DNA from: Kiritimatiellia bacterium
GTDB taxonomy: Bacteria > Verrucomicrobiota > Kiritimatiellia > RFP12 > DVOR01
DNA length: 64,000 nucleotides
Assembly (NCBI GenBank): GCA_017531445.1
Contig: JAFXKZ010000001.1
Span: forward strand, 1,522-65,521
Reading direction: 5' to 3'
The position numbers were made by a program, and so were the translations under genes. A model generated the notes under the pieces. The model ran no database searches. It was not told where the DNA came from and was given only the letters and a program-made list of their open reading frames with translations. Shown in pieces: positions 48,069-59,030 of this stretch (positions within the stretch are counted from its first letter, which is position 1; every line of letters starts with the position of its first letter).

Positions 48069-50126
48069 TCACTCGTAGGCGCGGATGAGTGCGAGGAGTG
48101 CTTCACCGTGTTTGGCAATACGCCGTTCGCCGATGCCGGGGATCAGGCGGAGTTCTTCCTCGGTGGTGGGGCGTTTTCTGGCGAGTTCTGCGATGAGTTT
48201 GCTGTTGAGAATACAAAAGGGCGGGAGAGCGTAACGGGCGGCCTCTTCGCGCACCCATTCGCGGAGCGCAGCCGCAAGACCTTGCAGGGGAAGGGAGGCT
48301 GCCGCGGCGGTTTGCGTTGCGGAAAACACCGTTTCCGGCAATTGGAGAAAGCGTTCCGGGAGTGCCCGTTCTTTAATGAGGTCGTAACCGAACGGCGTAA
48401 CGGTCATACCCGAGAGGCAGCCTTCCATCTCCAATGCTTCGCAGTTTGCCAGAATGGCCTCTTGGGAGGCGGCACGGAGTAATCCGAAGGTGGAGAGCTT
48501 TTGCCAGGAATCGGGCGCGGTGCCGCGCAGAATTTCCGCTGCGAGTGTGAAATCGCCACGCCCCTGCATCCGGACAATGCAGGAGAGAATTTTGCGCAAA
48601 TCGGTGCGTCGCGCTTCGGAAAGCGGCAGACGCGGCGGAAATGTGGTGCGCGGTGCGCAACGGTCGCAGTGGGTGCAGGCACTTTCGGATGAAGTGGTAT
48701 CACCAAAATAGTCAAGGAGAAAGCGGTGCCGGCAATGGGGCGTACCGACGAAGTCGATCATCCGGCGCAACTGTGCGTGGTCGGTTACGGCTTTCTGCTT
48801 GAGCGCATGACAAATGGTCGCGAGTGCGTCGGCATCAACCGTCTCCGGCACACGGATGGAAGAATAGGGTTCGCCGTTTTTCCGATGGCGTGTCAGCAGT
48901 CCGGCACGTTCAAAATGTGCCATGAGGTTGCGCACCATCAGGGGCGAGGGAAGTCCGGCGCGTCCGGCCCATTCTTCCGGACTGAACATTGCTGCGCCGT
49001 CTGTGGATTGACGGCAGGCATTACGGATGGCGGAGTAACATTCATAGACGAGCTCTTCGGGCGGATTGGCCGTTGTGATAAAGAACTCTTGCGTGTGGAT
49101 ATCGGCCGGAGAGAAGAGCAGCTCACACCAGGCATACGCGCCATCGCGTCCGGCGCGGCCGACCTCCTGATAGTAAGCTTCCACCGAACCGGGGATATCC
49201 CAATGGATAACAAAACGGATGTCCGGCCGGTCAACGCCCATACCAAAGGCGTTAGTGGCAACGACAATCGGAAGCGTTCCGCGCATAAAGGCGTCCTGTA
49301 CCCGGGTGCGTTCCTCATCATTCATCGCGCCGTGATAGATCATTACACGGTAACCGTGCGGTTTGAGAAGTGCTTGCACTTTCTCCACCGCCCGGCGTGT
49401 GGCACAGTAGATAATGCCGGTACGGAAGGTCTCTAAAATCTTTAAGACGCGTTCCAGTTTTTCGTCATGACTTACGGTGCGCGAAACAGTGAGCCGAAGA
49501 TTGGGACGGGCAAAACCATTGACAAAGATTTCCGGAGCGGTGCGTCCGTTTTTCCCCAAACCGAGGTGATGGAGGATGTCTTTCCGGACGCTATCGGTGG
49601 CGGTTGCCGTGACGGCGATAATGCGAATCTCAGGTGAAAGCGTAGCGACAATCCGCTCAAGATGAAGGTAGTCCGGTCGAAAGTCGTGTCCCCATGTGCT
49701 GATACAATGGGCTTCGTCAATGGCAAGCATCGTGAGCGGCGTTTCGTGCAATGCCTCCAGAAACCGGGGATTCCGGAAACGTTCCGGCGCGACGTAGACC
49801 AGACGATAACGCCCGGAACGCATGGCATTCAGGCGAAAGGCCGATTCTGAAGGCGTCAGCGTGGAGTTGAGAAAGGTCGCCGGGATTTTACGCGCGGAAA
49901 GCGCGTCTACCTGATCTTTCATAAGGGCAATGAGGGGTGAGACCACGATCATTGTGCCTTCAGAAAGCATCGCGGGGAGCTGGAAACACAGGCTCTTTCC
50001 GGAGCCTGTGGGCATGACAATCAGTGCATCTTTCCCTCCAAGAACCGCACGGATTGCGGCTTCTTGCCCCGGACGAAAAGAGGAAAACCCAAAGCCGGAT
50101 TTCAGGGCTGCGTGAAGCGCATCCAT
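48069..50126 (-). CDS. recQ: ATP-dependent DNA helicase RecQ
   Basis: MPTGSGKS, IDEAHCISTWGHDFRP, TATA, YYQEVGRAGRDG, Zn site CRH..CTHCDRC, C-terminal HRDC. Confidence 0.95.
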   Translation of the reverse strand: MDALHAALKSGFGFSSFRPGQEAAIRAVLGGKDALIVMPTGSGKSLCFQLPAMLSEGTMIVVSPLIALMKDQVDALSARKIPATFLNSTLTPSESAFRLNAMRSGRYRLVYVAPERFRNPRFLEALHETPLTMLAIDEAHCISTWGHDFRPDYLHLERIVATLSPEIRIIAVTATATDSVRKDILHHLGLGKNGRTAPEIFVNGFARPNLRLTVSRTVSHDEKLERVLKILETFRTGIIYCATRRAVEKVQALLKPHGYRVMIYHGAMNDEERTRVQDAFMRGTLPIVVATNAFGMGVDRPDIRFVIHWDIPGSVEAYYQEVGRAGRDGAYAWCELLFSPADIHTQEFFITTANPPEELVYECYSAIRNACRQSTDGAAMFSPEEWAGRAGLPSPLMVRNLMAHFERAGLLTRHRKNGEPYSSIRVPETVDADALATICHALKQKAVTDHAQLRRMIDFVGTPHCRHRFLLDYFGDTTSSESACTHCDRCAPRTTFPPRLPLSEARRTDLRKILSCIVRMQGRGDFTLAAEILRGTAPDSWQKLSTFGLLRAASQEAILANCEALEMEGCLSGMTVTPFGYDLIKERALPERFLQLPETVFSATQTAAAASLPLQGLAAALREWVREEAARYALPPFCILNSKLIAELARKRPTTEEELRLIPGIGERRIAKHGEALLALIRAYE

Positions 50127-50645
50127 TTAAGGTTGCCACGCGGCGTAGTCGTCACGGGCATCGCGCATCATCTTGTTGTATTCATCGGGCGTTCCAAGTC
50201 CGGAACGAAAGGCGAGCTGCGAACCGTCGGGGCCCATCACCACCAGAAAGGGATAGTAGCGGCCGGCATCGGTCACCGAGAAGGTTTCTTCAAAGGTTGC
50301 GCGCGTCTCGGGGTCGTCAACAGAGACATCGGCATACATGAAATCTTCAGGAAGCGGAATACTGCCATTGCCGAGCATATTCCAGACCTTCTGGCAGTTG
50401 GTGCAATTGTCGCGTCCATACTGGATGAGTAAAAACTTGTTTTGTGCTTTGGCGTCTGCCATGGCTTTGCGCAAATCGTGCTCGCCTTTCGGCTTTTTGA
50501 CGGTTAACTGTTCGCATCCGGGTCCGGCCGGCACGGTGGAGGGGGCGAAGCCTTTTGTTGGTGCAGGAGTGCCTTGGGCAAGCGCGAAATGCGGGGCGGC
50601 AAGGAGAAGAAGAAGCGTGAGGAAGCAGGGAAGGGGGGTGGACAT
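50127..50645 (-). CDS. Exported thioredoxin-fold protein
   Basis: Signal peptide; AKAQNKFLLIQYGRDNCTNC; YPFLVVMGPDG. Confidence 0.75.
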   Translation of the reverse strand: MSTPLPCFLTLLLLLAAPHFALAQGTPAPTKGFAPSTVPAGPGCEQLTVKKPKGEHDLRKAMADAKAQNKFLLIQYGRDNCTNCQKVWNMLGNGSIPLPEDFMYADVSVDDPETRATFEETFSVTDAGRYYPFLVVMGPDGSQLAFRSGLGTPDEYNKMMRDARDDYAAWQP

Positions 50646-50683
50646 AAGCAAACCTTTCTGTAAGCATTCAAGCAAAGGATGGA

Positions 50684-52177
50684 TTAACGCACGGTGCGCG
50701 CTCCGGTGTTCTGTCCCGGGAATTGCTTCGCAGGGACTTTCCAATAAAAGGTGCAGGGAGCCTCTACCGTGACGGTTTGCGGCGACCAGTAGTTCTCATC
50801 ATTGAAGCGGAGTTTCTTCGTGCTGAGGTGCTGCCCCATCGGATCTGTTGCCAGCCGCACCGTAACTTCTTCGGCAGGTCTCCGCCAAAGCGAAAAGGCG
50901 AAACGTCTCTCGCCCACCGCTCTGCAGAAGATGGCGTTGACATCCTTACGGAGACGCTGTTGGCGGAGCATGACGTCCAGACCGATGTCCATTGCCGTGG
51001 TAATGCGTTGGTCGCTGTTGGGCGGGATGACAACGGTGCCGGTCCACTTCAGATAAAGCATTGTGGCGAACATGGCAGCGGTAGCTTCTGTGGGAAGTGC
51101 GCCCTCGTAAACGGGCAGATCCGGGCAGCGGCGCGTCCATTCTGCAATGGCAAGCGGGAATGGCATCCATCCCTTTTTGGGGAGGTCGGTCTTGAGAATC
51201 AGTTCCAGATGCTTCAACTCTTCCCGTCCGGAATCGTCTTCAAAAGCCGGGCGCGTGTAGACGGAGGCTTTGGGCATTTTGCCGAGGGTGTGGGTGGAGC
51301 GGAAAAGACATGGCCAGCCGGTATCAATGGAGGTGTCGGTGGTATAGTGCAGTGTCAGCGTCCGCCCGTCTGATGCTGCAATTGCTTCCAGCCAGGCACC
51401 GATTTTACGTTCAAACGCACCATCATAGAGAATGGCATCAAATGTGTCGCCCACGCGGACGTTGAATCCCCCGGCAGGGAGGTGGGCTGCGGCATAAAGC
51501 ACATCTTCGGTCAGCTCCAATCCTTCCCGGATAGAGGTTTTCAACTCATCGGCCAACTCCGGATGGATACCACCAAGCGCAGGCAGTTCATAGTCGTCTC
51601 CGCGCAGCGCAAGTGCCAATCCTGCTGCATAGACATAGGCTTCGGAGATGGCACCTTTCGGCACTTTACCATTGTAAAAGGTGTCGTCGGTGTAGACCTG
51701 TTGCCACACTTTCGGAAGGGGGACGAAGGGAATATTCGCGCCAATGGCGAGGCGGGCCGTTTCCTGAAGCGGCAGATTCTCGCAAAGCCCCGACATCTTA
51801 TAAACCGGTTTCTGCACGGCAACCAGCGTTGTCTTCGGCAGATGAATCGGGCGCATTGCCTGAACGGTAGTCAATCCGAGGAAGGCTAATCCATCCGGCT
51901 CTCCGGCCGCAGGGGTCACTAAAAGGTGCTCTGCAGCAAGAAGTTGGGCACGTTTTCCTTCCGCATCGGGCATCATGCTCCATGCACTGAGATGGGAGAA
52001 CGAAACCACTTCCACAGGTTCTTCCGCAAGCAGATGGCTGAGCTGTTCGGCGATTGCCGGCGCATTGACTGCGGCATCTTTGCCGACGAGCCAGACGACC
52101 TTTGCCGATGCCGTTGGCATCCATGCAAAAAGGAAGAAGAGGAGGAGTGCCCGAAGCGAATGGGATAACAACGACAT
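50684..52177 (-). CDS. Exported hypothetical protein
   Basis: 497-aa ORF co-oriented with neighbours; signal peptide ending ASA. Confidence 0.7.
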   Translation of the reverse strand: MSLLSHSLRALLLFFLFAWMPTASAKVVWLVGKDAAVNAPAIAEQLSHLLAEEPVEVVSFSHLSAWSMMPDAEGKRAQLLAAEHLLVTPAAGEPDGLAFLGLTTVQAMRPIHLPKTTLVAVQKPVYKMSGLCENLPLQETARLAIGANIPFVPLPKVWQQVYTDDTFYNGKVPKGAISEAYVYAAGLALALRGDDYELPALGGIHPELADELKTSIREGLELTEDVLYAAAHLPAGGFNVRVGDTFDAILYDGAFERKIGAWLEAIAASDGRTLTLHYTTDTSIDTGWPCLFRSTHTLGKMPKASVYTRPAFEDDSGREELKHLELILKTDLPKKGWMPFPLAIAEWTRRCPDLPVYEGALPTEATAAMFATMLYLKWTGTVVIPPNSDQRITTAMDIGLDVMLRQQRLRKDVNAIFCRAVGERRFAFSLWRRPAEEVTVRLATDPMGQHLSTKKLRFNDENYWSPQTVTVEAPCTFYWKVPAKQFPGQNTGARTVR

Positions 52178-52306
52178 AAGGCAAGCCTTTCAGTGAAAGT
52201 GGCGCATGGTTTTGAGCGATGGGTCAGGAAAACAAGCCTGTCAGAAGATTGTAAGTCTCCAGCAGGATTCCTTCCAAAGGAGGCTTCATAACCGCGCTCA
52301 TGTGGG

Positions 52307-53572
52307 TTACTTAAAGGTTTTGAGTTGCTCAAAGTCCAACGTGGCAAAAAGGTCATCAAGCGTTTCTGCACGGCGGATTTCCACGACGGAGCCGTCTTCA
52401 CGCAGCAGCAATTCAGCCGAACGCAGCTTTCCATTGTAGTTGAAGCCCATTGCATGACCATGCGCTCCTGCATCGTGGAAGACGAGCAAATCACCCGGAA
52501 CAATCTCAGGAAGCGCACGTTGAATCGCGAACTTGTCGTTGTTCTCACAGAGTGAACCGGTAACGTCATAGGTGTGATCTGCCGGTGCGTCTGCTTTGCC
52601 TACAACCGTAATGTGATGATAGGCTCCATACAACGCCGGGCGCATCAGATTGGCCATGCAGGCATCCATACCGACGTAATCGCGGTAAGTATGCTTGAGA
52701 TGCCGCACAGTGCTGACGAGATAACCGTAAGGTCCTGTGATGCAACGGCCGCACTCCAGATAGATCTTCAACTCGGGATGCCCCTTGGCAATCAGACGCT
52801 CTTCGTAGGCTTTGCGGATGCCTTCACCTACAATTTCAAGGTTGACGCCCTCCTGTTCCGGACGATAGGGAATGCCGATGCCGCCGCCGAGATTGACGAA
52901 TTCAAAGGTGATACCAAGGGCGGCCTGAAGCTCGGTGATAAGGTCGAAGAGCAGAATTGCCGTGTCAATGAAGTATTGTGGATTCAGCTCGTTGGAGGCG
53001 ACCATGGTATGCAAGCCGAAGCGTTTGACGCCTTTTTCCTTCAAGAGGCGATAACCTTCAAAGAGTTGCTCGCGGGTAAACCCGTACTTTGCTTCTTCCG
53101 GCTTGCCGATAATGGCGTTGCCGCCTTTCAGCGGACCGGGATTATAACGGAAGCAGACCAATTCCGGAAGTTTGCCGCAAGCTTGCTCTAAAAAGGCAAT
53201 GTGAGAGAGGTCGTCAAGGTTGATGTTGGCTCTCATTTCTACGGCATGGACAAATTCTTCTGCAGGAGTATCGTTGGAGGTGAACATGATTGCTTCACCT
53301 TCCAGACCCACCTGTTGCGAGAGCAAAAGCTCCGGCAGCGAAGAGCAGTCTGCACCAAATCCTTCCTCCTGAAGCACACGCATCAAGAAGGGGTTCGGGG
53401 CGGCTTTTACAGCAAAGAAGTTGCGAAAACCTTTATTCCATGCGAACGCTGCCTTAAGACGACGGGCATTTGCACGAATGGCTTTTTCGTCGTAAAGGTG
53501 AAACGGCGTCGGCCATTTGGAGGCGATTGCACGCAATTGTGCTTCAGAACACGGTAAACTCTTTTCAGTCAT
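52307..53572 (-). CDS. lysA: Diaminopimelate decarboxylase
   Basis: TPFHLYDE, FAVKA, NLGGGIG, ECGR, RPALYGAYH, GSLCENND, MGFNYNG. Confidence 0.95.
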   Translation of the reverse strand: MTEKSLPCSEAQLRAIASKWPTPFHLYDEKAIRANARRLKAAFAWNKGFRNFFAVKAAPNPFLMRVLQEEGFGADCSSLPELLLSQQVGLEGEAIMFTSNDTPAEEFVHAVEMRANINLDDLSHIAFLEQACGKLPELVCFRYNPGPLKGGNAIIGKPEEAKYGFTREQLFEGYRLLKEKGVKRFGLHTMVASNELNPQYFIDTAILLFDLITELQAALGITFEFVNLGGGIGIPYRPEQEGVNLEIVGEGIRKAYEERLIAKGHPELKIYLECGRCITGPYGYLVSTVRHLKHTYRDYVGMDACMANLMRPALYGAYHHITVVGKADAPADHTYDVTGSLCENNDKFAIQRALPEIVPGDLLVFHDAGAHGHAMGFNYNGKLRSAELLLREDGSVVEIRRAETLDDLFATLDFEQLKTFK

Positions 53573-53583
53573 AGCAGTCTCGC

Positions 53584-53943
53584 TCAGGGGTTTGAGGGGG
53601 TGAAAGGAATCTCTTTTGCACCTTGCCAAAGTGCTTCAATGTCGTAATATTCACGTGCTTCCGGCGCAAAGATATGGGTTACCACGGTGAAAGCATCCAG
53701 TAATACCCACCCGCTGTCAGATTCGCCGGAGGTGCGATAGCGCGTGTTGCTTCCGGCTTTCAGAAAGGTTTGTGCCGCTTTTTGCAAAGCTTTCAGGTGC
53801 GGAGCTGAGGTGCCGGAGGCGACAACGCAAATGTCGGTTACAGTGGAAATGCCACGCACATCCAGCACACGGATATCTTCTGCCTGCTTGTCATAGAGTG
53901 CTTGTGCGATGCCTAATGCGAGCGCTTCATTGGTTTGTGTCAT
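53584..53943 (-). CDS. rsfS: Ribosome silencing factor RsfS (Iojap)
   Basis: DKQAEDI, WVLLD, HIF...REYYDIEALW. Confidence 0.93.
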   Translation of the reverse strand: MTQTNEALALGIAQALYDKQAEDIRVLDVRGISTVTDICVVASGTSAPHLKALQKAAQTFLKAGSNTRYRTSGESDSGWVLLDAFTVVTHIFAPEAREYYDIEALWQGAKEIPFTPSNP

Positions 53944-53960
53944 GGGATAATGAACTCCTT

Positions 53961-54554
53961 TTATAAGTAGAGATGGTGATCCCGAAGGTAGCGTTCTTCC
54001 AAATCACACATAGAATAGCGGATTGATTGATTCTTGGCAACTGCCGAGCGGATAGCAGTGCTTGAATGAGGATTGAGCGGACCAGTGAGCCGATGCGCCA
54101 GCAGTGTGGCGGCAAAAGCATGAGAAGGCGGCTCAACGCCGGGACGGTCAAAGACGATAAACTCACAGCTTTTTGAGAGTGCTTCAGCTTGATACCATCT
54201 TGGGAACGAGTTGGCAGAGTCCATACCCATGATGAACCAGAAACGGATGTCGGGGGCCTCTGCTTTGAGTTCCATAATTGTTTGATAGGTGTAGGTCTTG
54301 CCTTTCCGGAAGAGTTCCCTGCAATCAAGCGTGAAAGTTGCATGGGAGGCAATCGCCAAGCGTAACATTGCACAACGGTCTTGGGCAGATGCAGGGCACG
54401 TTTCTTTCAAGGCTTGTTGTGCGCATGGCAGAAAACGCACTTCGTCTAAGGCGAACGTCTTTTGTGCTTCTTCTGCAAGCGCAAGATGCCCGATGTGAAT
54501 CGGGTCAAATGTTCCTCCAAATAGACCGACGTGGCGCATACGCTTGAAAATCAT
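53961..54554 (-). CDS. nadD: Nicotinate-nucleotide adenylyltransferase
   Basis: GLFGGTFDPIHIGH, TYTYQT, IMGMD, SSTAIR. Confidence 0.93.
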   Translation of the reverse strand: MIFKRMRHVGLFGGTFDPIHIGHLALAEEAQKTFALDEVRFLPCAQQALKETCPASAQDRCAMLRLAIASHATFTLDCRELFRKGKTYTYQTIMELKAEAPDIRFWFIMGMDSANSFPRWYQAEALSKSCEFIVFDRPGVEPPSHAFAATLLAHRLTGPLNPHSSTAIRSAVAKNQSIRYSMCDLEERYLRDHHLYL

Positions 54555-55582
54555 TCAAAAAAAGGTTCTGGCGGCGCGGCAACCGGGCGCAATTCAAAGG
54601 TGCCGGAGGCCGATTGCGGTGTGATTCCATATTCCGATTGGGCTGCTTCCGAGAGACGGAAGACATGACGGAAGACGAGCACAATTCCGGTAAGTGCCAG
54701 CAGAATAAGGAAAATCAACAATGCTTGATGGAGCATTCGCGGAGTGTAATAGCGGCCTTCATCGCCTTGCAACCGCTTTACTTTCGGGCGTGTGGCGCGC
54801 GTAATCAAGCCGGAGCACGCACTGCCGATACCTTTGAAAAGGGCAACGAACGATCCCATTTGCGGGCTTGGCGGTTCGGATATCGGATATTGCGGTCCGA
54901 AAATCGGGCAGTCGCATCCTTGCCGGGGCTTCAACTCTTCCGAGCGGTCTCTGGGCGGAACAATAATCCGTTCGCGCTTTTCCTGCTCAAAAGATTGGCT
55001 GAAGATTGCTCGATGCGGGTGATCGTGTACCGGAGTGTCAGGAATTATGGACGGGATTTGCGGGGTAAGAGAAGGGGACGCTTCAGCATCGTGTTTTTCA
55101 GAGGTTCCCGCTGTCGGCTCCGACTTAGGTGCCGGAAGGTTGGCAAAGAGATCGCCTTCCATAACAGGAGAAGGAGATGCCGGAGGCGTTGTCGCTTCCG
55201 GGATGGAAGAGTGTTCAATGTTTTTGATTGGCGGATTTACAGGTTGCCGAGGCGTAGGAGCAGCGCGCTTCTCGGCGGGAGCCGGTGGTGTCACGGTACG
55301 CTTAGACGCAGCCGTTGTCGCGTGAGAGGCGGTCTTTGCAGGAGAAGCCGCTCCGGAGTTTATCTGCATATAATCTTCAATGAGGGGCGCAGCGTCGATT
55401 TTCAAGAGCGCAGTGTACTGCTTTATGAAGCCTCTTCCATAAATCGGCGCAGGGATTTTCCGGAAGTCTTCATTCTCTAACGCATCAATGGTTTTTACCA
55501 TCATATGCGTACGTTCCGCAACGTACTCTTTGGTCCAACCGCGTTCAAGTCGTGTTTGTTTCAGAATCTCACCGAATGCCAT
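54551..55582 (-). CDS. RodZ-like HTH protein with Pro-rich linker and C-terminal TM
   Basis: FGEILKQTR, ALENEDF..IP..IYGRGFIKQY; follows ftsK. Confidence 0.8.
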   Translation of the reverse strand: MAFGEILKQTRLERGWTKEYVAERTHMMVKTIDALENEDFRKIPAPIYGRGFIKQYTALLKIDAAPLIEDYMQINSGAASPAKTASHATTAASKRTVTPPAPAEKRAAPTPRQPVNPPIKNIEHSSIPEATTPPASPSPVMEGDLFANLPAPKSEPTAGTSEKHDAEASPSLTPQIPSIIPDTPVHDHPHRAIFSQSFEQEKRERIIVPPRDRSEELKPRQGCDCPIFGPQYPISEPPSPQMGSFVALFKGIGSACSGLITRATRPKVKRLQGDEGRYYTPRMLHQALLIFLILLALTGIVLVFRHVFRLSEAAQSEYGITPQSASGTFELRPVAAPPEPFFE

Positions 55583-55778
55583 AATTTACCTCAAGCGTTT
55601 GAAAGAGTTGTGAAATTGTGTGCTGCGGTCAATATTACGGAAGGCCGTGACCACTTACAGTGAAAGGGGGTGGTTTTTGCATCGTCCGCTCCGGGCGCAC
55701 GTATGCCTGCGCCGGATTTCAAACGGCAATACAGAGAAGGATATTCAATCGTTCGGTTTTCCGGTGCCATGATGACTT

Positions 55779-58619
55779 CTAACCTTGTGTGGGGTGTTTG
55801 ATTTCCGGAATCCCGAGCGAGGCGGGGTCGAAATCGCCCAGATCGAAATCCTCTTCCTGCGGAGCGGCATTGTAAGGAGCCTCTCCTTGCGAAGTGACCG
55901 TTGTGTAAGAAAGCGGTTCTGATGGTGTACCTTCTGCCGGATATCCGCCCACATCGTATGAATCATTGACGGAAGAGCGCGTATCAAAGGCGGCAGCTTC
56001 GCCATCGGTTCCTGCGACTTTCATCCGCTCTTCTGCATTAAGGTCTACCAAGATTTCTCTTGAACCGCCTGCCTTTGTCGCCGGTCCGATGATCCCACGT
56101 TCTTCAAGCATATCGGTGATGCGCCCCGCTTTGGAGTAGCCGATGCGGAATTTCCGTTGTAAAGCAGAGGTGGAGAATCGCCCGGTTTGCCGGATAAAGT
56201 CCAACGCTTTCAAGTAGTATCCCTCGTCTGAAGTGTCCTCGTCGGAGCCGGGTTCCACATAGACCGGTTCGCTCTTTGGCTCGGGAAGGAAGTCCTTAAG
56301 GATGGAATGAATGTCATTGGAAGCTTTTTCTTCCGGTATTCTTTCCATTGATCCGGCCAGAAGATTATCGAAAGCCGGCCCTGCTTGATTGCGGATGTAG
56401 TCGCAGATAGCGTCGATGGCTTCATTGGTCACCCATGCAGCCTGTGAACGCACGGTTGGCTTCCCGGAACGCCCCAACAGCATATCGCCCTTGCCGATGA
56501 GATTCTCTGCGCCGGATTCGTCCAGGATTGTCCGCGAGTCGTTTGCCTGAGCCACGCGCAACGCCACACGCCCGGGAATATTGGATTTGATTGTACCGGT
56601 GATAATATCGGTGGTCGGACGCTGTGTAGCGATAATCAGATGAATCCCGGCGGCCCGCGCTTTTGCGGTAAGTGCTGCAATGGGCGTTTCAATTTCAGCA
56701 CGCACGGCCGGATCGTTCATCAAGTCGGCCAATTCATCAATAATTAACACAATGAACGGCAAACGCGTGGTAGGATTGTCACGATGTGCCAGCGGTTGCT
56801 CCACGCGGCTGTTGTATTCTCCGATGTTGCGCACGCCATAACGCTGCAACAATTCATAGCGGCGTTCCATCTCCATCTTTGCCCAACGGAGCGAGAACAT
56901 CACCTTTTTCGGCTCAACCACCACAGGATTCAGCAGATGGGGGAGGTTATCATACGACGTGAACTCCACCCGCTTGGGGTCAACCATCAGCAACCGCAAC
57001 CGGTCGGGCTTGCGGCACATCAATAGACCGATCAGCATATCGTTCACCGCAACTGACTTGCCTGAACCGGTGCCGCCGGCCACGAGCAGGTGCGGCATCT
57101 CTGCCAAATCGACAATCAAATCGCCTCCGGTAGCGAGTTTGCCCATCGCCAACGGCAGCTCCATCTTCCGCTCGGCTTCACGCCACGCAGCACCCTCAAG
57201 GATTTCGCGCAACGTCACCGATTGGCGGATACTGTTGGGCACTTCGATACCTACAAGGTCGCGCCCCGGAATTGGAGCCTGAATACGGATCGATTCTGCG
57301 CGCAGGTTCATTAAAAGGTTCCGGCGCGTCCCTTCAAACTTTTTCAGGTCAACGCTGGCATCCGGGCGAATCTCGAATTGCGTCAAGACCGGACCGCGTT
57401 TGTAATTGACCACCTTGGCACTGATGCGGAATTGCTCGAAGACGCCTTCAATTGCCGCAATGGCACTCTGCACGTCTTCGGCATCATTTTTACGCGGCGG
57501 AATCGGTCCGAGCAGTTCCAGCGGCGGCAGACCATAATCCGGCACGACCACGTCGTCTCCGGTGTTGTCGTTGGCCGCCGGAACGGGCGCAGTGATGGAA
57601 CGCTCCGGCGATACCGGTTTGAGCGCGGGGGCATTGTCCGGTTTCAGTGTAAAAGGTTCGGGCGTAACTTCTGCCGGAGCTGGCTTCCGAAGCGGTGGCG
57701 TTTCGGGGGCGGGTGCAGTCTGGAACAGTGGGGCTTCCGGCTCTTTTCGCAGGGGAGGCACCCACGTTTGCCCGGCAAGGGCCGAGCGGTCACGCAAGAT
57801 AGCGGTGGTGGACGGCACGGATTCCTGCTTTGGCTGAGGTGCTTCAGCGCGATGGAACAGGCGCGACCAAAAGCCACCTTCAGGTGCAGCGGTGGGCGGT
57901 TGCGTCTGCGCCCGGGCTGCATATTGCGCTGCGAGGGCTTCCACTCCGGGTGAGAGCGTAGGGGGCGTGCGCGGCGTGACCAGACGCGTCAGCAGGCAGA
58001 GCGTGTTGCGGATGCCGATAATCAAAAAGAACAACATAAGTGCCAAGGGCCACAGGAGCAGGTGCAATCCGGTGGTGCCGATGAGCGGACGCAGCAGGTC
58101 GCTGACGACCCATTGCCCGATGGCACCGCCTGCATTCGGCATAATATTGAGCGTTGCCAGCAAGGGAAGCGCGCGTCCGTCGTCGCCGCCAATCGTCTGG
58201 AAAATGCACGCTAAAACAAGGTAAAGCAGGGCAATCCAGATGACGCGCAAGCGGAAGTATTTGACCTTGGCATAGAGCATGAATCCTGAAATCAGAAAGA
58301 GCAACGGCAAGGCGAAGTAGCGATAGGCAAGCCCGGCGAAACCATAACCGTAGAAGGTCAACCACGCGCCGAGTTTGCCGAGACGATTGAAGGCTTCTCC
58401 GCCATTGGTCACAGAGACGGGGTTGCACAACCACGAGATGTCGTGCCAATCGTAAGAGACGAGTGACAGCAGAAGAATGAAGCTCAGGGCGAGGATTCCC
58501 ACGCCGATGAGGCGCCGCCGAAGGAGATTGACCGATGTCGGCTGCGTCATCTCGCCGGAAAGCGGACTGGTTGTGGAAGCAGATGTTTTGGGTTTACTGG
58601 GCATAGCCGATCTATTCAC
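55779..58619 (-). CDS. ftsK: DNA translocase FtsK
   Basis: N-terminal 4TM; PHLLVAGGTGSGKS, DPKRVE, IIDELADL, ARAAGIHLIIATQRP; gamma domain LQRKFRIGYSKA. Confidence 0.96.
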   Translation of the reverse strand: MNRSAMPSKPKTSASTTSPLSGEMTQPTSVNLLRRRLIGVGILALSFILLLSLVSYDWHDISWLCNPVSVTNGGEAFNRLGKLGAWLTFYGYGFAGLAYRYFALPLLFLISGFMLYAKVKYFRLRVIWIALLYLVLACIFQTIGGDDGRALPLLATLNIMPNAGGAIGQWVVSDLLRPLIGTTGLHLLLWPLALMLFFLIIGIRNTLCLLTRLVTPRTPPTLSPGVEALAAQYAARAQTQPPTAAPEGGFWSRLFHRAEAPQPKQESVPSTTAILRDRSALAGQTWVPPLRKEPEAPLFQTAPAPETPPLRKPAPAEVTPEPFTLKPDNAPALKPVSPERSITAPVPAANDNTGDDVVVPDYGLPPLELLGPIPPRKNDAEDVQSAIAAIEGVFEQFRISAKVVNYKRGPVLTQFEIRPDASVDLKKFEGTRRNLLMNLRAESIRIQAPIPGRDLVGIEVPNSIRQSVTLREILEGAAWREAERKMELPLAMGKLATGGDLIVDLAEMPHLLVAGGTGSGKSVAVNDMLIGLLMCRKPDRLRLLMVDPKRVEFTSYDNLPHLLNPVVVEPKKVMFSLRWAKMEMERRYELLQRYGVRNIGEYNSRVEQPLAHRDNPTTRLPFIVLIIDELADLMNDPAVRAEIETPIAALTAKARAAGIHLIIATQRPTTDIITGTIKSNIPGRVALRVAQANDSRTILDESGAENLIGKGDMLLGRSGKPTVRSQAAWVTNEAIDAICDYIRNQAGPAFDNLLAGSMERIPEEKASNDIHSILKDFLPEPKSEPVYVEPGSDEDTSDEGYYLKALDFIRQTGRFSTSALQRKFRIGYSKAGRITDMLEERGIIGPATKAGGSREILVDLNAEERMKVAGTDGEAAAFDTRSSVNDSYDVGGYPAEGTPSEPLSYTTVTSQGEAPYNAAPQEEDFDLGDFDPASLGIPEIKHPTQG

Positions 58620-59028
58620 TCTCTGTCACCAATGAAAATTTCATCAGTCTTGCTTTTCGTAACACTTTAATCACGTCCATGATACGCCCGTAAGCTTGTG
58701 TTTCATCGCCCCGGATGTGCGCGGCCACGTCTTTGTTCCTGGCCACGGCTTCTTGTGCTTTGAGGAAAAGTTCTTCATCTGTCACGGGCTCTTTCCCGAT
58801 GAAGAGTTTTCCTTCTGCGGTGACATTGACCGTGAAAGGTTCATTATTCGGCAAAGGCTCTCCGGAGGCTTTCGGCAGCTGGACGGTAATACCGCCCTGC
58901 AAGGCCGGGAAGGTAATGATGAAGGCGATCAACAGCAGAAACGTCATGTCCAGAATCGGCGTCATGTTGATTTCGCCGTTGATCTGACGCGGTTTACGCT
59001 TTCTGCGTGACAATCTTGTGCGCAACAT
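58612..59028 (-). CDS. ExbD/TolR protein
   Basis: EINMTPILDMTFLLL with the conserved Asp; LPKA; IRGD...YG. Confidence 0.92.
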   Translation of the reverse strand: MLRTRLSRRKRKPRQINGEINMTPILDMTFLLLIAFIITFPALQGGITVQLPKASGEPLPNNEPFTVNVTAEGKLFIGKEPVTDEELFLKAQEAVARNKDVAAHIRGDETQAYGRIMDVIKVLRKARLMKFSLVTESE

Positions 59029-59030
59029 AC